NCBI GenBank assembly: GCA_003990765.1
Contig: RBNJ01000326.1
Location: 1 to 32,952 of the forward strand
DNA from: Jimgerdemannia flammicorona
Lineage: Eukaryota
Direction of reading: 5' to 3'
Length of the DNA: 32,952 bases
The translations under genes and the position numbers were made by a program. This document shows positions 24,173 through 32,952 of this stretch, piece by piece. Each line of letters begins with the position of its first letter. Positions within the stretch are counted from its first letter, which is position 1. Under the pieces are notes generated by a model. The model searched no databases, was not told the origin of the DNA, and saw only the letters and a list, made by a program, of their open reading frames with translations.

Positions 24173-24860
24173 TGTTACATAGTGGTCACTGAGTTCTTCA
24201 AATATGTCAGATTCTCTCCTCTTATTAGAGTACCTTTCCAAGGTCTTATAGTCCTTAAACTTCTTATCTTTAAACTGTCTTGTTATATCTTAGATTGCTT
24301 GCATGGAATTGAGGATAAGTGAACTTGACTAACTTTATTTTAAAGGAAATAAGAGGGGTATTTATACAAAATATAATTCAATAGTTGCTAAGTTATAAGC
24401 TAAATATAAATTCAAATAAATAAATAAAATACTGGAATACAGAAAACTATGGTTGTAAGTATAAGTTCAAGTATCTATACAAATAGTAATACAAGTTCAG
24501 AATATCAGTAGAATTTTGGTAATATAGAAAAAGGATACCAGAAGAATAATAGTTATATAGAAAAAGGATACTGGTAGAATTCAGTATTATCAAGAACTTA
24601 GAGCAGAAAGTTCAGGACTATGGGGGCTTTATCTTCATCACTATCATTAAGACTAGAGGTTAGAGACAGGATGTCTTCAAAGGAGATGAGGTCTATAAAT
24701 ATTTCATCTATTTCACATATATCATACATTTCACATGCTTCATACATATCATGTGAGATGATGTCATTGCTGATGACATCATTATATTTGGCAGTAGGGG
24801 CTCTTCAATCTATGAGGTTCTTTTCTACAAAATAAGAGACAAATGTGGGGTCTTGGAGAG
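24173..24860 (-). repeat. Truncated 3' LTR of Gypsy C or a sibling family, including the C-terminal part of the U3 ORF (~24855-24598)
   Basis: Homologous, with several indels, to 29824-30514. It abuts integrase-core sequence directly, with no PPT. Confidence 0.85.
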
Positions 24861-24861
24861 A

Positions 24862-27800
24862 TGAAGAGTAGTTCTCTTGGGGTAAAGTGTGTGCTCTATA
24901 ACCATATGTCTTATAGGATAAAGAGGGTAGTTGGGAGGTAGTTATCCCAATTCTCATATGTCTCTGAGATTTTTGCCAGGATGTTCTTGAGGGTCTTATT
25001 GGTTCTCTCTGTCAGTCTATTTCCTTGAGAGTGGTATATAGTAGTCTTGATGTGTTGAATCTTATATTTCTGATACATTATCTCATGAAATCTATTGACA
25101 AATTCTGTGCCATGGTCTGTTGTGATTTGCTTTAGTGTCTTATAGTGGCAGATGATTTCTTGGTACAGGAAGTCGACTATAGAGAGGGCATTAGCTTTTT
25201 GTAATGCTCTTGCTTCTATTCATTTTGTAAAGAGGTCTACAATAACTATAATATAGCGGTTTTCTGATAGTGTTACTGGTAGTGGCCCAATGATATTCAT
25301 TGCAATGTGGTAGAAGTGGATAGGCTCAATTCTTGATGATCTGGATATCTGGTCTTATAGATCTTATTTCTGTTTTTGGCACTTGCCAAACTCTTTGACA
25401 AATTGGCACAGGTCTTCTTCCATTTTGGGCCACCACATGATTCTTCTTGTCTTATTGTATATATTAGTTCCTCCTAGGTGTTCTTGCTCATATACTTTCT
25501 TCATTACTTGATACTTCTTGTTTTCAGGTATTACTAGCTTTCCTCCTTTTCTGAGTATAGTATTGTCTAGTTCAAACTGTTTTCAAGTCTGGTTGATAAT
25601 GGTGATTATCCAGGGTTCAAGATGGTTGGGCATCTTCCACTGCCCAAGATAGCTGATTAATCCATAGTATAGCTCCTTATTCATGTTGAATAGTCTTGGT
25701 GGGGGTGTTTCAGAGTATCCTTGAGAGTATATCAGCATTGGTATTGGTTCTTCCTGAGTAGTGCTTGACAGTACAGTTATACTCTTGCAGTCTGTAGATC
25801 TATCTGGCATATATTCCTTTGGGGTTTAGAGTGTAAAATAGCCAGGTAAGAGCAGAATGGTCTGTTTGAATAGTGAAGTGTTTTTCAGCTAAGTAGTAGT
25901 GGAACTTGTCTACTGCCCAAACTACTGCTAAGTATTCAAGCTTACATGACTTATAGTTCTGTTATGCTCTACAGGTATCTCAGCTTGCATAGGAGATGAC
26001 ATATTCATGTCCATCTTTCTTCTGAGCTAGGACTGCCCCAAGTTCTATAGTACTTACATCTGTCTGCAGGATGAATTCTAGGTTCCAATCTGGTCTTCTG
26101 AGGATAGGTGCTTGGGTCAACTTGGTCTTGAGTTCATTGAAGGTCTCTTGGTACTTCTTGGTCCATTCAAATTTGGTTTCCTTCTTCAGTAGCTTGTAGA
26201 TAGCTGCTGCAATATTGGAGTATCCTTTGATGAATCTTCTGTAGTAGCTGGCCAGTCCAAGGAAGGCATGGACTTCTATAGTTATTCTGGGTCTTGGGTA
26301 GGCTGCAATAGTCTCAATCTTCATGGGGTCTGTATAGATTCTGGTCTGATTGATGAAGTGTCCTAGGTAGGTGATTTCCTGAGCTACAAACTTGTATTTC
26401 TTGGGCTTGATGTAGAGGCCATGCTCCTTGAGCTTCTTGAGGGCTAGCTATATATGATTGACATATTCCCGTATAGTGTTGCTGAAGATAATTATATCAT
26501 CAATATAGATAAAGAGACATTTTCTAATATCATTGCTGAAGACTCTGTTCATCATTCACTAAAAACTTGCTGGGGCATTGCACATTCCAAATGGCATTCA
26601 CAGGTAGATATAGGTGGTATCAGGTATAATGAAGGCTGATTTCTCACTAGCATCTTGAGTGAGATCAATCTGATGAAAGTCTGAGAACAGATCCAAGGTG
26701 GTGTAGTATTTGACTTTACTTCTAAGGGTGGTAAGGATTTCTTGAATATTTGGCAAGGGCTGTCTATCCTTCTTGATAATTGCATTGAGCTTCCTGTAGC
26801 CAATATAGAGTCTTAGTGCAAACTCTCCAGACTTGCTTCCTTTCTTCAGAGCAAAGACAATAGGTAAAGCCCAGGGACTGATAGCTTGCTTGATGATTCC
26901 AGTTTCTTCTATTTCCTTGAGTTCTGCTTGCAGCCATTCTCTGTAGGCAGGTAGTATAGGTCTAGCTTTCTGGTAGATGGGCTTAGTATCACCAGTGTCA
27001 ACTTTATAGTAGTACTTGGATTATTGATTGTGGATATCTCTGAAGTCTGTAGCAAGTACTCCTTTATTCTGGTATAGGATCTTGAGGTATTGTTCTTCCA
27101 GGGGAAAGTTTTCTCCAATAATATATATATATGCTTGTTCTGGTCTCTGTCTTTCTTGTGCTCAAGTTCGGTAATCTTAATGGTGGCATAGACTCCTCTT
27201 CCAGTAGATCCAAAGCCTTGTTCTTCTATCTTGGTCTTGATGAGTTCAATGGCTTTAGTGATCTTGGGCTTTTTGATTTTGTAGATCAGCATCTGGCCAA
27301 TCCTATCATACTTCTTGATTTCAAATAGAGTGGTGGGGTTGTGATTTCTGACTATGAGAAAGATCTCATCAGTGTAATCAGGGTTAATTACTCCTCCTTC
27401 AACTGAGATTTTACTTTTGATCAGACTGCTCCTGGTCTTGATAATTCCAGCATAGTTCTCTGGCAGCTTGACTCCAATTCTAGTGCCAAGTAGGGTGGTG
27501 GTCTGTGGTTTGAGAGTAGTATCTTGAATGCTGACAAGATCCATTCCTATGGCTCCTTCAGTCTTGTATTCTGGGATCTTGGCTTTGGAGTGAAACTTCT
27601 TGACCTTGAGGGTGATATCTGATTCTTGTTCCTCCTAATTGTCACTGTCAGCCTGAAACTCAGGGGGCTAGTCATCTTCTTTGGCTTCCTTTTTGCTTCA
27701 GCAGCTTCTTGCTCATATTTCTATTAGCAGATTTTCCTGACTTCACTGATATAGGACCAGCAGTCATTCAGGTGTTCAGAGCAGTACATCCTAGTACCAT

Positions 27801-29703
27801 GGGAGTATCTTTCTTGAGGGGCATAGCCATCGATGATCTTGTTGTATCACTGCTTATCTGTGAGCTTAGGTGTCTTGTTCTTGTTTTTATTCACTAAGTA
27901 TATAAAGACCTCTGTGTCCTCTTCATCTCCTTCCTCTATGTCTGATAGGACTCCTTTGTGGACATTGATAGAGACTTGTACCTTTCTTTCTCTATAGTTG
28001 ATCTGTATCTTCTGAGCATTGAGGTTGATGATGGCCTTGGCTTTGTAAAGCCATTGGTTGCCAATGAGGATATCATAGTTGGTGGCACTTGTGACAATCA
28101 CATCTACTGAAATAGTAGCTCCTCCTATCTTGATGGAGACTTCTCAGATTTTGCCAAGGGGGGTAGCTTATGTACTATCTGCTGTAACATAGACCATCTT
28201 GGGAGACTCTTCAATGTCCCAGCCTAGGTGGTCAATTGCCTTCTTGCTTATGAGACATCCTCCAGCACCAGTATCAATGATGGCATCAAAGATACAGTCT
28301 TCAATCTGATATAGAGTATAGGCTGATATCTTGTACTGGTTTTCAGATTCTTTACTTGAGTTTTTGGATTCTTCCTATACATTGTGAGCTTCTATAATCT
28401 TGTACTCTTGATTCTTGGCAGTAGTTGCAAGTTCTACTCTCAACTGCTGTCTGAAGGCAGGGACTTCAGCTAGCTGTCCAAAAGTAGCATTGACCTTCTG
28501 TTTCTTGAGGTCCTTATAGATATCATACTGGTGGATCTTGGTCTTGCACAGCTTCTGTTCCTTCTTGCTTTCACTTTCTCCTGAGACTGGAGTAGTGCCT
28601 TCAATAATTTGGTGGGCAGCTTTGTCTAACTCCATGTCTTGATCAATCTCCTCAGGTTGAGTCTTGCTTTGAATAGTGATAGCTGGAGTCTTCTTTGGTC
28701 TTCCAACTGGCTTACTGTTGCTCTTCTTGTCATAGAGCTTGGACTGAGTTCTGGTACCTTCAGTAGTAGGGTAGAATTCGAGCTCCTTATAGTATTCTTT
28801 ATCATCAGTATCACCAATCTCCTCAATGACTACTGTATTGATTTGTTCTTTGGTTCTGCTAGCATTGCTTGGTTGGGCTTTGCATCTTGTTTTGATCATA
28901 TAATTCTTTGCATAGTGGCCTTCTTCTCTATATCTGAAGCATGTGATATTGCATTCTTCTGTAGTAGCTGCAAATCTCTGCACTGGTCTCTTGTTGGCAC
29001 TTCAGACTTCTTTAACAATATCACCAAGGTGTGCAGTCATCTCAGCAAACTGCTTGGTAAGTTCCTCCACTGGGTCGGCTTTGATTGTCTTGGGGGTAGG
29101 TGGGGATGGTTGTCTGTTTACAACTGTGGCAGATATGATACTAGTTGGCTTTGATGGCTCCATCTTGATGTCAGTTATTTTCTCTATTGAGTGTTCAGCA
29201 GAGTATCTGGCAGTCCAATATCTCTATGCAAAGACCACTTTCTTATCAAGAGTCAGTGCAGCTGGGGTAGACCAGATTGCTAGGGCAATTTCAGAGTGAA
29301 CTCCTTTGAGGAAGATTGAATCTGCTATTTATTCCTTGAGGGCATCATCATAGCCAGCTAAGATAATCTGGTGGCAGATTCAGATATAGAATGAGTTGGG
29401 ATCTTTACTGAGTCTCTGGCAGATAGTATTGAGTTGATCCTTGAGAGCTTGCTTGATCTCTTCAGTATAGTATGTTGTTCTGAGGAAGGCCTTCATGTTG
29501 GCAAGTTTGGCTACACCATTATTAGCAATAGTAGCTATATTGAACTTGTCTCTGGCAGATCATCTGAGGCTGACTGGTAGAAGGGCCAATTGTACATCTA
29601 TACCAAGAGCTCATATGGTAGTGAATTGTTCAAAGTCTTCAATGAAGATCAGAATTGACTCTTCAGTAGTATATCCATAGAATGTGGGGGAGTGCATTTC
29701 CAT
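24862..29703 (-). pseudogene. gag-pol: gag-pol of Gypsy C
   Basis: ATG at 29703 (MEMHSPTFYG..); knuckle CFRYREEGHYAKNY; protease AIIDTGAG (~28270) and YDILIGNQWL; RT ~26950-26340; FLGLASYYRRFIKGY and FILQTDVS (ORF 25980-26324); IN HLGG..WWPKM and IIGPLP..RYIIVIVDLFTK. The IN C-terminus is missing. Confidence 0.92.
27200..27616 (-). pseudogene. dut: dUTPase domain of Gypsy C, between protease and RT
   Basis: LKVKKFH..GAIGMDLVS..RSSL..EGGVINPDYTDEI..DRIGQM..QGFGSTG (ORF 26909-27544 plus upstream codons). Confidence 0.95.
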
Positions 29704-29823
29704 CTTGTCTTGAATTCTTGCAGGGGTGACTCTTGTAGTCAGGGTAGTTGTTGTGGGGGTTATTTATTTTTCAGCTTGAAAGTGAGGAATTCATCTTGAA
29801 TCACCAGCCAATGGGCACCAAGT

Positions 29824-31332
29824 TGTCATGTAGTAGTTGCTGAGTCCTTCAAATATGCCAGATTCTCTTCAAGGTGTATCTCTTAGACTAACTCAAGTTT
29901 GTTATAAGCAAGTTTTTATTGTAGTGCCTTCTTAAGATATTATAGTCCTCAAACTTCTTATCTTTAAAGTGTCTTGTTATCTCTTAGATTGCTTGCAAGA
30001 GATTGTATGTAAGTGAACCAGAACTAACTTTATTTCAAAGAAAATAAGAGGGATATTTATACAAAATATAATTCAATGGTTGCTAAGATATAAAGTTAAA
30101 TATAAATTCCAATAACTAAAATAAAATGCCAGGATCGAAAAAACTGCTAAGTTCCAGGGTTGGCACTGATAGTTGTATAGATTCAGAATATTGGTATAAT
30201 TCAGTATTACCTCAGAATACCAGTACTGGCATTATTTGGTATCACATCAGAATATTAGTACTGGCATCATTCACTATAACCAAAGGACTTTTAGAGTAGA
30301 ATGTTCAAGACCATGGGGGCTTCATCCTCATCAGAGGTCAGGATGTCTTCGAAGGAGATGAGGTCCATGAATTCATCATTATCACATAGGATGACATCCT
30401 CACCAATGACATCATCACATTTAGTAGTAGTGGCAGGAACAAGGAGATCTGGGACTCTCCAGTTTATGAGGTTCTCTTCCACAAAATAGGGAACAAATGT
30501 GGGGTCTTGGGGAGGTCTAACCTGGATACTTGGGCCTTGGAATACTGAGATCAATCCTTGTAGGAATTGGTCTAGGTTGTCCTGAAGGATGGGGTACCAG
30601 AAGTCTTCTACTTCATCACTGTCAAGGATGATAGTGGACTGGGCTTCTGTAGCCATTCTGGCTTCTAATGCATTGATATGGTGGGCTGACAGGTCTCTGA
30701 AGTCTGAGACTCTAATATACTTTAAGTTGAGGATTGACCATAGTATATGCCTGAAGATCTGATGGATCTTCTTAGCTGTTCTTATTTCATGTATATCTAT
30801 GAGAGTGGTATCTTGTAGCTCTTGAGTACTGGCCTATGGAAACTCCTGGCAGAGGAGATTTCCTATTTCATATTTCTGCCACATTTGGAGGCATTCAGTA
30901 GCAATGGTGATCCTTGTTTCCATTTCATAGTAGTAGAGGATATAATTATAAGGGTCATCAGTACCTAGGTTTATACTAGGAGTCCTTCTTGAGCAGGTCC
31001 TCATGGCTCTTCTGATGTCTTGGAACATCCTTTCTTCAACTGAGGTGCCTTGGTAGTTCCTTGACCTTGAGGTTTGGCAAGCAGCAGGCATTTTGTTCAT
31101 AGTAAGTCTTTGTGCTATTTTGGGATTGGTAGGTCTTATTGGTTACTGCTACTGCAGTTTCTTGATCCTTCTTTATATTCCTCAAGATACCTATACTGTG
31201 GTCACAATGACTCACAGTTGGTCATCATTGCTCATCTTATATATCATATGATCTTCTTGTGCTCTGATCTAGTGACTTATAAGAAAAGGCTGTCTCCTGT
31301 ACTGATGTCATCATTCTGGGGTCACCATTACA
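29824..31332 (-). repeat. 5' LTR of Gypsy C (~1509 bp)
   Basis: TG..CA ends; PBS 3 nt downstream; TATA-like TATAAATATCCC at ~30061-30050; composition changes abruptly at 31333. Only the part up to 30514 has a second copy here, so the right end is inferred. Confidence 0.75.
30291..31100 (-). pseudogene. Unknown accessory ORF (~269 codons, one premature TAG at 30836-30834) inside the Gypsy C LTR
   Basis: Track ORFs 30834-31100 and 30291-30656 are in the same frame, and the interval between them is open (ASTQELQDTTLIDIHEIRTAKKIHQIFRHILWSILNLKYIRVSDFRDLSAHHINALEAR). The homologous C-terminus is preserved in the other LTR. Confidence 0.8.
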
Positions 31333-32952
31333 ATATTTATAATATTTTATTTATTTTTATTAATATATTTAGTATAATATACTGGCTCAATAAAGACTAA
31401 TTATAAGATTGAGACTGCTATTTAGATTAGCTTGAGCTTCTAGTTACTTTGTTAAAAAGTAATAAAATGTTTAATATTTTTGCTTAGATATAGATATAAA
31501 TTCTATTTTATATAATGTAGACAATTTTGATAATTTTCTAATTAGGTAGTAAATTCCTAGATAGTACAGAATTTTCTTAAGTAGTAGATTATTCAAAAAT
31601 AGCAGACTTCTCTTAAGTAAAGTTATATTAAAGACTGCTTTATTTATGCAAATAAATTTACTGTAAAGGTATATCTTATTCTAAACTGACTTTGTATAAG
31701 AAATAGTGACAGACTTTTTCTTTTTATCAGAAAGTAGACCAGAGTGTAAATTTGAAATAAGGCTTACAATCTTCTAAAAGTAGCTTTAGAGCAGGTATTT
31801 CTCCTAAGTATTACAATCTTTTCTAGATCAAGTAGCTCTTGGCAGCCATATTTCTTGAAGTATAGTATGTAGACTTAACTTTTACTATTGAACTTTTTGG
31901 ATAGAGGTTTATTTACTTGAATCTCTGAGATATTTTATATAGTTATAGTTATTATCTAGTTACTATCTGAGTAATTATAAAATATACAGTAATGCTATTT
32001 TAGAGAGAGAGTGATCAGGTATGCTTGCTGAAGACAGGTATATCTACTGGATATAGATATATCTGCTGAGTATAGATATATTCTTAGAATATTGATCAAT
32101 ATATTTAATTTAGTATATCTGACTAATTATATAAGTTAAAATATATATAAGTAAACTATGCTATACTGAGTATTTGTATCATCTGGCTATACTATATTAT
32201 TTACTTATTATATTAGCTCTTACTAAAGATTAGTCTATCTCCAGACTGTATTTTAGTTATTATTGTAGTATTTATAGATATTTTCTACATCTATATCTGT
32301 GATATTATCTTCTTCAGTATCTGAATTATTTTATTCTAGAGGCTCTTCTTCTTCTTCAGAGAACAGAACTTTAATGTAGTTGATAATACTTAGGTAGATG
32401 AGTAGAGTTATTCTTTGAAAGTTGTTTAAAGAGAACTTGACCTAAGTCAGTAGGGTAATATTTATTTATAGATTATATAGAGTCTGTCTGCAGCAATAAT
32501 ATTTCTTGGGCAAGCTGGGGGATTTGTACAAATACTGAAACATTGGCTAGGAGAATGTGAGGTGCTGGGGGACTTTTGGATAGCTATAGGGGACCGGCTA
32601 GGGGTTGAAAGGAGATCAGATGGAGAGAGAGATCACTGGGAAGATTTGGAATCTAGACTTGTGGGAGGTGTTGGCAATGGGTGGCTTACTGTAGGGTGGG
32701 TTATGGCAGTGTGGGTGGGGTTGGCTGGACATTGGCTCTTTGTTTTTGAGGAGGGACAATAGATAGGGATATGGAAGAAGTTGTTGAGATGGAAGGAGTT
32801 GGTGGCAGATCTGCTGACTGAGTGGTAGATTAGATAGAGACCCCAAGGTGGGCGACATCATCATCTGGTAGAAGGGATCTGTGAACAGAGTGGTGGGCAG
32901 ATGGAGATAGTGTTTGATAAAGTGGTCTTTCATCAAGAAGGGGTAGGGGGGG
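31333..32952. other. Degenerate CpG-poor sequence of unknown origin; AT-rich to ~32480, then G-rich on the plus strand
   Basis: Composition only; no domain recognised. Confidence 0.4.

Larger units (their letters stand above)
24173..31332 (-). mobile_element. Ty3/Gypsy LTR retrotransposon C with a ~1.5-kb LTR; 3' part internally deleted, possibly chimeric
   Basis: 5' LTR 29824-31332 (TGTAAT..ATGACA on minus); partial 3' LTR 24173-~24860; PBS TGGTGCCCATTGG at 29820-29808; order gag-PR-dUT-RT-RH-IN. ATAT flanks both ends, a weak TSD in AT-rich context. Confidence 0.88.

Noticed and set aside
24620..30489. Similar plus-strand ORFs 24620-24835 and 30301-30489 as a gene pair
   Set aside because: Antisense shadows of the U3 ORF; useful only as confirmation that the indels preserve frame.
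30291..31100. env gene
   Set aside because: No evident signal peptide or transmembrane helix, and it lies within the LTR.
32616..32936. 106-aa Pro/Ser/Gln-rich ORF as a gene
   Set aside because: Low-complexity, CpG-poor sequence at the window edge with no supporting motif.

Overview
Eukaryotic, most likely fungal, DNA; the P450-reductase type suggests an early-diverging lineage such as Mucoromycota, but that is inference. Bases 1-5020 have normal GC and CpG content. They hold the first two coding exons of an unidentified gene, a deletion-riddled pseudogene of a fused cytochrome P450/NADPH-P450 reductase, and two local repeat arrays. From ~5025 to the end is a CpG-depleted, C->T/G->A hypermutated nest of LTR retrotransposons that can be ordered by target-site duplications. 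A Ty1/Copia with three LTRs (8395-13616, TSD CATCT) sits in the RT of chromoviral Gypsy A (5547-16612, TSD ATAAG). Gypsy A sits in the 5' LTR of chromoviral Gypsy B (5518-24003, TSD ATATT). A third Gypsy, C (24173-31332), lies 169 bp further on in the same ancient AT-rich host sequence. Main highlights: all three Gypsy elements carry a dUTPase, in two different polyprotein positions; Gypsy C has a ~1.5-kb LTR whose U3 encodes a ~269-codon unknown ORF with frame-preserving indels between copies; and the Copia LTR triplet records CpG-targeted mutation directly. All alignments and translations were done by eye, so internal domain boundaries are approximate.
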